Assembly: GCA_965153455.1 (NCBI GenBank)
Contig: OZ234493.1
Location: 9,166,213-9,230,212, forward strand
Reading direction: 5' to 3'
DNA length: 64,000 nucleotides
DNA from: Sphagnum compactum
Lineage: Eukaryota
Of this stretch, positions 14,565 through 26,047 are shown one piece after another. The number at the start of each line of letters is the position of its first letter. Positions within the stretch are counted from its first letter, which is position 1. The notes under the pieces were generated by a model. It did not search any database, had not been told where the DNA came from, and worked only from the letters and a program-made list of their open reading frames with translations. The translations under genes and the position numbers were made by a program.

Positions 14565-14737
14565 CTAAAAACACAATAACATAACTTCATATTTAACTAC
14601 CATTACGACAGGCGCAAGTCTAACCTCGGGGTCAACATATCCACGAGCAATGTATCTGTATTCTCTGTATCATATGAGGCACTAACCCACCAGAAACACC
14701 ACACATGGAAGAGCCAAAAGGAGTGAGGAAAAGGTAC

Positions 14738-14998
14738 CTCTTCCATGATAGTATTTGTAGCGCTTGTGCTCCTATTGATTCACATTGTTCAACTCTACAA
14801 CCATGAATGACGTGATGACTCCCATAGCTCCTCCAAAAATTGATGCCACAATTGGGTCAACTTCACTGCAACCCCCCACCCAGCAATCTCAAGTTTAGAG
14901 CACATACACCAAACCAAGATGCTCAACCACACCCACGTTCAAGAGGACATGATCTTCAAGTGACCCAAATCTAGCACATCGAGCACATGCCAAGTACC
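14738..14998 (-). pseudogene. OR: Captured fragments of an ORANGE (OR, DnaJ-type Zn-finger) gene: one whole exon and the start of the next, in reversed order
   Basis: 14865-14738 (AG/GT-bounded) translates EVDPIVASIFGGAMGVITSFMVVELNNVNQ*EHKRYKYYHGRG, versus the OR family QVDPIVASFSGGAVGVISALMVVEVNNVKQQEHKRCKYCLGTG. 14998 onward, after an AG, translates GYLACARCARFGSL, versus GYLACARCSSTG. Confidence 0.85.
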
Positions 14999-15597
14999 CT
15001 GCATGGTTTCCAACTGCCAAATAGAATCATGAATTGGTGTTAAGTCTCTAACAAACAGAATGAATCTTTTGATTATCAAATAGAATATGTATCTGTTCTC
15101 TATGTCATTTGAATATCAGGTAGCCCTTTCCTAATCAAACAAAACCAATTTAGTTTTAAAGAATCATATGAAGCACTAACCCACCAGAAACACCACACAT
15201 GGAAGAGCCAAAAGGAAGTCTTTGTCTCTCTGCACATAGCCCACCATCACCACTACCACAACAACTGCAACAGAAGCAGCAGCTTCCTTCTTATTCCAAC
15301 CATGCTTTTCAATGAGTTAGTTGTTTTTTGGCTTTCCATTTTGATTGCTCAATTGTTCCTGAAAACATGCAAACAACTTGTTAGAAGGGAACTTGAGGTG
15401 TTCATCCATTCTGTTAACTAAATTTGTGAAGAAAAATATTGAATCTTTAAGAATATTTCACTTGTCAAAATTGAAAATTTTCAAAATTAATTAATTATTT
15501 GACAAACATGTGTCCAAGTTGCAAATGTATTACAGTAATTGATTCGACTTGTCTTTGTGTACAAAGGTACAAAAATGATGGTATGAAATTTGCTTAC

Positions 15598-15709
15598 TTG
15601 AGATAAAAATATTGAATGAAATCCAGAGGGCACCTTTGATGGCAGGCTTATAATTGCCACCGGTTTGGAGGCCATTGTTTTAGCATCAATAATCACAACT
15701 TCTGAATTT
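15598..15709 (-). pseudogene. Captured near-terminal exon of a carotenoid cleavage dioxygenase (CCD1-like)
   Basis: AG/GT-bounded exon NSEVVIIDAKTMASKPVAIISLPSKVPSGFHSIFLSQ matches the CCD/NCED C-terminal motif IDAKTMS.EPVAVVELP.RVPYGFH, including the last Fe-binding His. No other CCD exon is recognisable in the window. Confidence 0.85.
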
Positions 15710-16229
15710 CTGCACAACAAAAGAAAACCCAATTAGCAATGAAATTCAAAATTATCACACACACACACACACACACTTGTCCTCCATTTTAATATTAAAT
15801 GATTGACCAAAATAGTGGATAACTGACTATATTAAATTTCAACTTTTAAAAATATGGAAAAGTTGTTTGTCCAACAAAACAAAATTGACACTCCTTTGTT
15901 CAACTTAACATAGAGTTTGGTAAACATTACTTTGAATGAATCAAGGCTTTTGAACTCAATTTCAAAGTCACATTTGAATAGGTATATTACATGCTTAAAA
16001 TGGGGTTAAAAAAATCCAATGTCAAAACAATTAGTAGTCTATAATTTATCACCTATATTGTACAACAATTTTTTGATTTCTCATCCATTATGCAAACTTT
16101 TCATCCATAATGTGCTAACCATTGCACCTTGACAAATTTCTTAAAAAAGAGGTGCAAGAAAGATAGTTAAAACATTCATTATATTTTGGGAAAGTCAAAA
16201 TAAAAAATAGTTTTCTTGATTTTTCTTGA

Positions 16230-17150
16230 TTGACATCTTCTTATGTTCCTCATAATACTAAAAGAACTTGCTGCAAGTCTTCTTCTTCTTCTTCTTCCTC
16301 CTCTGGACATTCTTTTGTCTCTCGCTCTAGCAGCAGCAAGAGCAGCTCCTCCTAGCAGCATTCTGCAAGCACCCAATTTGCACTTTCTTCTTCCCCATTT
16401 TTCTCTTCTTTCTTCTTCTTCTTCTTCTTTTTCTTGCTTACTGTTAGAAACCTCCAAAGATGAGCTTACATGGGGATGGGTCTGTCTGTTAGTCTGTCTG
16501 GAACCAAAAGCTGCACTATATCTATAGCTCAAATCCAGCTAGTTCTACAGCAACAATAAACTCATGAATCATCGAAGTTGTTCCTTTCGGAGCTAAACTG
16601 GGCTGCTGTTGCTGTTGGATCAGCTACAAAAATGCAACCCATTAGAATGAAAACATTACAGCTACTATGGAAGGGATTTCCTTCCATGATTACCGCCCTG
16701 AGCAGCATTGGAAGCAGCACAAAGTCGAAAAACACACACAACAACAATGAACTCAAATCACAGACAATGCTCACCGCTCAAACGAAGTTGTTGAAGAGAA
16801 ACAACAACAACAACAACCAATTCCTGATCCTGAGTCCTCCTCCATCTCTTCCTCCCTTCCCTTCCCTTCCCTCCCCTTCTCTCCTCCTCACCACAGCAGC
16901 AGCTGATAATCATAAAAGAATTGGAGCCAGCAAACAAACAACCTATGAGTTTCAAAAAGATCTATGAAATATAAATCATATGAATTACATTTCTAAAGTG
17001 TGTAAGTATTGTGGGTGCTACAGCAGCAGCAGCAAAGCTCCAACAACAACAACATGCATCCCTCACATTCCTCAGCCAAAAAAAACACAGAAAAGAACCC
17101 AAAAAAAGTAGAGCTCTCACTTGCCTCGCAGCAGCTCCACCAGTGCTCAG
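16230..17150 (-). other. Probable captured 5' portion (spliced 5' UTR, possible N-terminus) of an unidentified host gene
   Basis: GAA/CAG/TTG microsatellite-rich composition like the 5' ends of the real genes in this window; consensus donors GTGAGA (~17120) and GTGAGC (~16774) and pyrimidine-rich acceptors (~16905, ~16626) on the minus strand. Confidence 0.45.
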
Positions 17151-17952
17151 AATGTGTGGCCCAGAAATGAACTGGCAATGTGTGGCCTAGAAATGAACTG
17201 GCGTGGAATTTTTTCGCTCGCACAGGAACATGAGCAAGATTTCAAGCTGTATTTGGTGTGGACAGTGGATAATGGACACTGGACGTTCCATGCAAGTTTT
17301 ATTGGGGGGGGAGGATTTATTTTCCTTTCAGCCAATAGGAGGGCCTAAGGTGCCTTGCTTTTATTCCTTTTAAGTTAGGGGGGAGAGAGGGATTGGTTTT
17401 TTTCCTTTCAAGTTTTGGGTTTAGGGTTGGGAAGTTGGAGGTTGGAAAGCCCATTTTTTCCTTTTAAGTTTGGGGGGCGGGGGATTTAGAGGAGGATATT
17501 TTTCAGTTTTCCCTGGTTCCCACTATGTTGACCATCCCACCATCCGCTCACTTCGGCTGGGCCCTCAAGGGAAAGGGGCGGGGGGGGGGCTCCAGCCAAT
17601 CAGGAATAACCGCACCAAAACACCGACACCCATTTTTTTTATAGTAGTAGATGTCTCTTCAGTGCTAGCCAACATATCGTCTGAGTCTTCCCATTGCTTC
17701 AGGAAAGGCAACAGAAACTCAGGACGCAGATTGTGTGTAATGGTTTGCCCAAGTTTTTGGGAAGATTATTATATGCTTATCTACACACTGTTGGGAGCTG
17801 ATGAACTCAGTGGGTAGTCATGGCAGCTCGTCACTGCCGTTCGTGATGAAAGGTGATGGTCTGTCACTTTGTGAGCTACTCTCATGACTGCACTCATTGT
17901 CGTGTTACCTTTAATTGTTGTTGTGCAGATTTCTCTGCGACTTCATCAATCA

Positions 17953-20900
17953 TTTTCAAAAGTCATTTTCATATGTGGGTTTTGGAATCAAATAACCTAA
18001 CTTACCTTTTTTCCAAAAGAAATAAGCAGAATAGTTCAAACAGTTGAACACATTTGATGTTCCACATATCAATGTTTTGCTTGTGTCAGATATGTCAAAA
18101 TGATGTGGTCTCTCACCTACAGATTAAAAGTTGTTTAGATGCTAACTTCAATGCTGGTTGGACTTAACCAATGGATACAGAGATACCCAAGTATCTATAT
18201 AGCAAGTATCTTCTGCTTTTGGGGTTGGTATGCACAACTAGGTCAACTGTATGCAGCTCACAGGTTATTGTAAGTTAGTGTGGATACTTAGTTAAGATTC
18301 AAATGTATTTATATGTAGACCGTGTCTTTGTTCAACAGGCAGAAGGCCTTCTTGGAGCAGCAGCTTGAAGAGGATGATGTGGTGAATGCATTGGAAGAGG
18401 CAGAGGGAAAAGGTCAAGCCTTGGAGGAAACGACAGTAGGATCTAAAGCTAGCATTGTACCATCACTGGAGGCAGCGGGCAATAGTTATAGGGTTGAAGG
18501 CACCAGTATGGCTATGGAGACATCGTATTCCCACGATGGCTATGAGTGTGTTTTATGCAAGAGCATGGTATTCTTCTGCCTTGCTCTTGTTTCCATTGCC
18601 TGATTTTTCCAGATTCCACTTGGAAATAGAAACCTTTCTCAACTGCTTTTTTTTCTTTGTGCTTCAGAGGGATCCAGACAAAACTCCAGCAGGCTGGATT
18701 GCACTGGTACAGCAGTACAGCTTGCCAAGTTTGGTATTATCAAGAGGAAAAGTGGTGGATAACTTTGAAGATGTTGAGGCACTTGTCAATCATCCTGGCC
18801 AAAGAGGGTTGGAGGGACTCGAAGATCAGGAGAGCAAGCAGCTAACCACAGTGATGTATGACACAGAGAAGGATGTGTATGGTGTTGGTAGTATTGATCA
18901 GCAGGCACCTGAGCATGTCCAATGCTGTGGTCACCAGGTACTCAAGAGCATGCATGTGGGGATGGTAGATGTATTGTTTGTCCAGGATCCCAAGCACACA
19001 TCTGGATGTTGGAGTATACTTGCATTGCCTGTTCAGGAGCCCAAAAGTTTGCTCACTCATAAGCTGCTAGCAAATGTGACCCTAATCAATTTATGAATGT
19101 TGTATTGTGAATTTTGACAATTGTGTTTGGTGGGACATTACATTGTGGTGTGCATGGTTGCAGATGCATCTTTCATGTTTTCAAGACTATTATAATTCTC
19201 TTGTTAAACGTCATTCATCTGGGACTGGATATCCAGGTTTGACTGTTTCCCTATGAAATACATATGAATTTGAGATGTGGTTTGGTGCTGGATTCTCCCA
19301 GAATATTCAAGAAGAGGCTTTAGCATTGGTAGTAATCCATACGTTGTCATGTTGCACCATGCAATAGCTCTTGCTTCCTTGATGTTTCAGAATAAGTAAG
19401 ATGTTTGCCACATTTATGGATATTTGTGTCTGTACATTTCTTTGACTTTGCCATGGGCCTCTGGAATGACATTGTCTTGTCATGTTGACGAGGCTCATGA
19501 TACATGATAAGTTAATTTGGAAGTCACGTTATTCCCATCACAGGATTGACTTTGGAATTGTTTTGGATCTATCAGGGAGAGGTTTAGTTGATCTTGGCAG
19601 ATGTGAGTTTCTCTGTCCCACCTGCCGCCGCCTCGCAAATGTGATACTGCCACATGTGGAGGAGTCACAGGAATCGAGAGATTTCCAGGCAGCATTGAAG
19701 AGCATCACGAATTCAATTACCTTTTTCACCTCTCAGGCAAACAGCATTCCTGAACTATTTAATGTCATGAAGTGCCCAACTTCAGCTGTGAAGCAACAAT
19801 TTGTGCCCAATACTTAACTGTAATTGTGTATTTACAAACTCCAAAGGCTTTGTGGTTAATTGTGAGGGAACTACTCTCTGTCGTGGATTTACTCTCCATT
19901 TGTCTGCCACTTAAAGGTTCCTGGGTATCATTCGCCCTGTGCTCTAGCAACAGTGCGTTAAAAAGGATGATGTATCCTTCAATGTGTTTTCTGTACCCTA
20001 TTGTGCTTTTGATCCTTTGTATTCTTACTGAGTCTGGTTTGCTATGGGACCAGACCCTACGAGTGCGGAGCAACTCTGCTATATTCAAAGAGGACACTAC
20101 AAGTTGCCAGGTTTGTGCCAATCCCATCTTGGGTGCTGAGAAAATGCCTGGTCACAATTCATTTCTTGAATCTGTGAGTTCTTCGTAACTCCAGAATGTC
20201 ACAGCAAGACCATCAACTGATCTTAATGTGCATCTTTGCCAGGTGCTGTGGGAAGTACTTGCTCTGAACATAGTACATTGTGAACTGGTTACAAGGGAGG
20301 AAGGAGCACTGAAGGTAGATGTTGCATCATTATCATCATCATCATCATCCACAGTCCAGCCCAAGGACCAACAGACCTGGGGAGGGCGCTCAGCTCATTG
20401 GATAGCATTACGAGAGCTTGGAAAACTAGCCATGTTTATCAATATAGTGCCATACGCAGGTAACCGAGGAAATAAAACTGATTAAGGTCTAGTTGACTTC
20501 TCAGATACAGAATTGACCGAATTGTTTCCAAGGGCATCTTCACAGGTCAGGGAGGTGGAGTAATGTGTCATAAACTTGCAGTCATCAGTTTATCATAGAA
20601 TCTTTGTTTTTAAAGATTATTTGTGAGAACTGTAGATTTAGTTCAACATCTATCTCTACATGGCACACCATCTTGTCAAGTATTCAGCTATTCAGAAACT
20701 GGTTATTGGGTACCACCCTCTATTAGCTTAGCAGCTTAGCTGTTGTTAATACTTGACAGAGCTCAAATTCATGGGTATGTGAAGAATGTATCCTTTGTAG
20801 ATTGCTTTCAAAAGAGATGGGATCTAAATGAGTGCTCTTGTGCTTTCAAGTCTGCAGTTCTAACAATTAAGTTGTCCATGACAGAAAAGGGACGATGGAG

Positions 20901-23900
20901 GGTGAATTTAAGGAAAGCCATGAAGTATTTTAGTCAAAACCCTCTGCTGGAGACTATAATTCCAGCTCCTGACACCAATGAGTCGGAGAAGGATGGGTTG
21001 GGAAAAAAGAAAGAAACAGCTGAAAGTGTTCACCTTGTAGAATTCATGCGGCAATCTGATCTGCCTTCTCCTAGTAAAGCAGAAATAAAAAGTGAAGGAG
21101 GGGGAGAGACGAACATCAGTCAATTGCCTACAATGCTAATAGCAAATTTTTGGGCTCAAGAAACACGTGGCTCCTCTTCCAAAGTTGATGTTCAGGAGGA
21201 TGTCAAAGACAAGGAGCATCCAACAGATTGGATCTCTGATATCTGTGATAATGAAATACTTGCTGCTGATCCATTTAAGCTTCTTGTTGTACTACTTATT
21301 GTGAGTATATGCACTGACTCTTGCAGTCTTTAACTGTTGGTCCAGATAGGTTTGAGTACCTGTATTGCATTCAGCTTTGCTAGTGGAGGCATACGTAATG
21401 CAACCAATTTTGTCACTGTACACAGTGAACTTACTAGCTCCTGACCTATCAACAATGTAGTTTCTAACTTTGTCTATTGTGAATCCAGACATATTCAGGG
21501 CAGCCCGAACACCCAGTGATACTGCTTATGGTGAAGTTTGCATATGTTATTGCGGTTGCTCAGGCATCAACAGCACTTTGGCAACTGAGCAGGGAAGCTG
21601 GTGGTTCTCAGAATCTAAGTTCATCAATTCAAATGGCTTGCCTCCCATTCTTACGCCGAGCAGCTTTGCTGGTAGTTCTCCTCCTTTGTGTGATTATTTT
21701 CCAACACAGGTTTTGTTCTCAGTGCTTTGTGTATGGATTTTAGCTCCTAGTCTGTTGAATCTGGGTATTTGTGGCCTTGTCTTGAAGCCATGACTAAACA
21801 AGCTACTGTTTTGTATCCTTACACAGGTGCAAATCATTACGGGCAAAGATCTTGATGGTCTCTGGGATGGGCCAGGTTCTTACTTCTGAGTAGAGTTTGC
21901 TTTGGAAGAATATATGCACAACTGGGAATTGGGTTAACAATTGTAGAATCCAATAGGGATCTAGACTATTTTTTGAGGTGTATTAGTCTAGACTTACTGA
22001 TGCACTTATCCTCTTGATCAGGTACAGGATAGAAGGTGAAGATTATTAGTCATGGCAAGTTGCTGATGGAGAAACTAGATAGTTTGTTTTGGCAATGTCA
22101 TTGCTGGTGATACTTGGCAATATTACTTACTCCTCTCTTATAATATGATAGCAGGCCGAAACGTGATGGATGCTGCTTACTTGGTGACTGAATTGCAACT
22201 TCCAGATCCAGCTTCGACCTTGAACTTTGGTGCCTCAGGTCACTCTCATAGGTTTATCTAATGGATATCAGCCAGTTGGCAGAATTTTTTTGTGGGCTGT
22301 TTTGCTCAATTCAGAACTTTTTTTCTGCAGAATATTCTGTATAGGTGTTGAATGCAGAATCCTGGAGGCTTTAACGCTCAAAGGAATACAATCTGAAGTT
22401 GGAGTGTTTGAATTTCTTAGATGGCCTTGAAGAGTACAGCTTTGAAATGAGACTGGAACACCTGCAATGGGGACAGGTGCGTTGGTTGAAATTGATGAAC
22501 TGGATTGAGTATGGGCATTCTACAACCTTTATTCTTTGTAAAAGTGTATGCAGAAATGAGAAGCGTGTGAAGACATCTCCAGAATGTGAAAGCTAATGTA
22601 GTGTATTTATTGCCAATTGCAGAGGTCTCCAAAGCTCTATAAAGTTCCAGAGAAGGTGGTCCTCCACAGTTTACCTCGGGTGTACCAGGTGAAATGCTAT
22701 TTCACTGGTTCTCTAATTGAACATGCCATAACCTTTTTTTCCCCTTGCTTTGTTTGGTCACAATGAGAACAATCCTAGGTATTGTGGAGTGAAGGGTGTG
22801 TGTGAAGGTGTAGAAACAGCCTTCTTTGCTTGCAATTCAGTAAAGAAAAAGACCCTCTTCATAAGTCTTTGCATGTTTTAGCACATTGCCCATGGCACTT
22901 CTTCTCTGATCCAGATGATAAAAAGGTGAACAATGGCCTCTTTTGTGCCCCTCAAAGCAAGAGAAGAGAAGAAAGAGCTCATACATTACTGTCATTCCTT
23001 GAACCAAGAATACCCAAGCAGGAAAGTCTGGTCATCAGTCTGTTTGAACAATGGCCTCTTTTGCACCCTGAAAGCAAGAGAGTAGAAGAAGTAGCTTGTA
23101 TATTAGTGTGTGAAGGATTTTGTATCCAAGAATACCGAAGCAAGAAAGTCCGGTCATCAGTAATCATGTTGTGTATGCCAATCATTAAGAGGGTCCAATC
23201 ATCAGCCCTGAATCTTGTTAAACTGTGATTTAGGGTGTCAATTTCTATATCTTAGCAATAATTGCCCTTGTAGATTGTAAAGCAAGCTGAAGCTGAAAAT
23301 TTGGGTGTTGGATTTGTTGGATCTTCAGGAATTGCTCGCAAAGTATATTCATGGAAAGGAGCAATGTACATCATGCAAACAATTGCCTAAGTGAGTGTTT
23401 TCATAAAGCTAATTCACTACCTAACATTCTCAGTGATTTGTAACTTGGCATTATAAGCCGAAGTCAAGCACTTCCATTGGGAAGATAACTCAAATACTTC
23501 AGCAGGATCTAGAACTTTCTGTCTTGGCTTTGGCCTTGCTATCGAAACTTGAGTCATTAGTTACATGGATGCTCACTGTTGTATGTTTGTGTTCAGGGAG
23601 CCAGCTATTTGCTTGATTTGTGGTGATCTTTTATGTTATTCTCAAGAGTTGTGTGGAAAGCAAGGCAATAAGAATCGCATGTGTCATGCCAAAAATGGTG
23701 TGTTTTCTGGGAGGCTGGGAACCCAACTTTAGAGCTCGATTTTGACTGTTCCTCCATGCATTGAAGAACAGATGTAAAAAGCGGTTCCATGAGATGTTTG
23801 TAGGAAGGCAGTATTATGTTTGGATAAGGAAGAGTTACAAAGAAGAAAAAATCAAGGTTCTAGTTTCTACAGAAGGAAGACAAGGAACTTTTCAGTAACT

Positions 23901-25958
23901 GTGGTATTTGGAAAAGAACCAAGAAGCGAAGCATCTGTAATCAAGTTGAAGTACTCTTTGCACCAAGAGGAGGGGAGGATGCAGATCTCAATTTGACCAA
24001 CCCCATTGAATATGGTAGAAGAACGTCCGTAGTAATAACCATTGTGATGTATTTTGTGAGAAAGATGGGGCATTCATTTTTCTCATCGTGACTTTGAATA
24101 GAGTTTGATGCAATGTGGTTTGAATGGGGCTTGGGGGTTGGTGTCTACTGAACTCTAGTTTTGGTGATCAGTATCTTGGTTGTTGTACACCTTCTTGATA
24201 CTGTACAGTAGTCTCACTAGTATCTCTCAACTTCTAGAGATCAAGACATGGAATCCCAAGTCATATGATCTTCTCTCATGTAAAAATTGACAAGAGTAAT
24301 AGAAGACTTTGAATATGGATTGCTTATTTGTATATGGTGTCTTATGTTTTTCCAGATAGTGAAGAGTCAGGAGATGGTATACGCATCTTTTTCTTGTTGA
24401 GATCCACACAACTTGTACTGATTCGAGGGAATCGGGTGTTCATGGGGCTCTCTATTTACTTGGATCATCATGGCGAGGTTAGAACACTTTTCAACCCATG
24501 TATGATATTTTCCTTTCACTAAATAAAATTGAAAAGTTTTGTGTGTTTCGTGTAAACCTTTCATGCATAATTTTCTTACTAGGGTGGTTCTTTTGAGACC
24601 CTTGTCCAGGAAGATCTTTATTTGCGACGAAGTCAACTTCTGTATCTGAATGATGTCCGGATGAATGAGGTACAGTTCACTTATATGCCCCAAAATCACC
24701 GTGGTTGCATTCCAAATGTACTCCCTTTCCACATGTTTGTATTTGGAAAATGTACATCTCTCAATCTTGAGTTCCCATGCATTTCTGATCACATATATTA
24801 CAGGTGAGGCGACTATGGTTGACAGCAGGTTTTGACTATGATTCATACATACTCCACCACTCTCATCAAAGAGGACCACCTAAATCCTTTGGCTACTCAC
24901 GGTGATATTTCTACTGATGTTCATCCATCAGCGGTCTACTGAGAGATCTTGCAAATTTGAGACAACAATTTTCAGAAAACTCCGGTGGTAAATAGTCTAG
25001 ACTTGCAGAATGCAGTTGGATGAGGTTTCTATAAGTCAGACAAGAACTGTAAACAAGGATCTGTGATGATCCTTACCTACATCATACATTTCAAAGTCTA
25101 GGATAGTAAGGCATTTGTTTGATAGTCCAGTGTTTCGAATGATTTCGTGACCATGTTTTGTAGGGTTTCAATGGCTAGTTTCTAATACTACTCAATCATC
25201 ATCCCTATGTTGCACATTTCCCTGATTTTTTTGGTTTTTTGTTCTGATATCTAGTTCCCTTCTCTTGGAGCTTGGGAATTGGGTCAGGTGAATTGGGTGC
25301 TGTAAAAGCTGGCAAGAAAATGAATTTTGTTCCAAAGGGGAGCTCTTAGTTTGTGGACTATGTAAATGTGACGAAGTTGCTATTCATTTTCTATCTTTCG
25401 TAATGGAGAAGATTGCTCTCAAGTTATTGGAATGGAGGTTGCATGATTGTGCAAGCCTTTCTTAAGGTTTGAAGATCAGTGCTTGCATCATTTTCAATGC
25501 CAAATGCATTAGGATTTCAAGTTTGTTTATAATGTCCAAGCACAAGATAGTATATGAATTTTGCATAAATAAAATGGCTATGGAAGTTCAATACTGGAAC
25601 TCCAAGGCCAGGGAAAATGTATAATGGTTTGTTCAAATCGAACTCCAATAAGTGCTTCTCCAATCTAGTGAAAAGCTGTGATCCCCATTATTTAGTGTTT
25701 TGGAGGTTTCAAAAATGTTGTTCATAAATATAACAAATAGTTTAGGCTACCACAAAATTGGTGATATCATAGTGGTTAGTTAAGTCATGTTGCAAACTTT
25801 GGGTTTAAACTCAAATTTTGACATTGAGATTTTTGAATTGTAATTTTCCTTACGTAGTAGTTGTAATTAACCCATGGAATTTTTATTGTCATTACTATTA
25901 TCATTTGAATGCAATTTCATTTTTGGTGAAAAGCAAGCACAAGAAATACAAGATATAA
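17953..25958 (+). pseudogene. 5'-truncated inverted genomic duplicate of the UBR/PRT6-like gene (RING-H2 and C-terminal domain exons, introns, 3' flank)
   Basis: Reverse complement of 41267-49596, near-identical throughout (the ORF track mirrors); starts inside an intron; stop codon at 24903-24905; no UBR box or start exon. Confidence 0.92.
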
Positions 25959-26047
25959 TAACTTTCATTAGTTATTCACTTTGTGTAAGTTAACTTGTTA
26001 ATGAGCTTGCACTAGCACCCTTGTCCTAGTTTAATTTTTGAAACTTT
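25959..26047 (+). repeat. Right copy of the ~90-bp direct repeat
   Basis: Matches 10497-10586 and begins exactly where similarity to the UBR locus ends. Confidence 0.92.

Larger units (their letters stand above)
10599..17651 (-). mobile_element. Helitron with both termini, non-autonomous deletion derivative carrying captured gene fragments
   Basis: On the minus strand the 5' end is A|TCTACTACTATAAAA (17651). The 3' end is the hairpin CATTTTGC-AA-GCAAAATG (10630-10613), 10 nt, then CTAG|T (10599). Inserted in an AT dinucleotide without TSD; internal RepHel remains. Confidence 0.9.

Noticed and set aside
22830-23228. 132-aa ORF present in both UBR copies
   Set aside because: Appears intronic and contains a ~118-bp tandem duplication (22928/23046); no recognisable domain or ATG start.
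24367-24879. 170-aa antisense ORF, with counterparts at 40174-40536 and 42817-43206
   Set aside because: Antisense shadow of the UBR terminal exons; the frame is broken between copies.
10599-25958. One giant Helitron that captured the UBR 3' half
   Set aside because: A canonical 5' end (TCTACTACTA) with an AT target lies at 17651; no Helitron-like terminus is seen at 25958, and Helitrons do not make 90-bp duplications.
17953-25958. Retrocopy, or pure assembly artefact
   Set aside because: Introns are retained, so it is not a retrocopy. Many SNPs and indels plus structured junctions argue against a simple artefact, although long-read confirmation is still needed.
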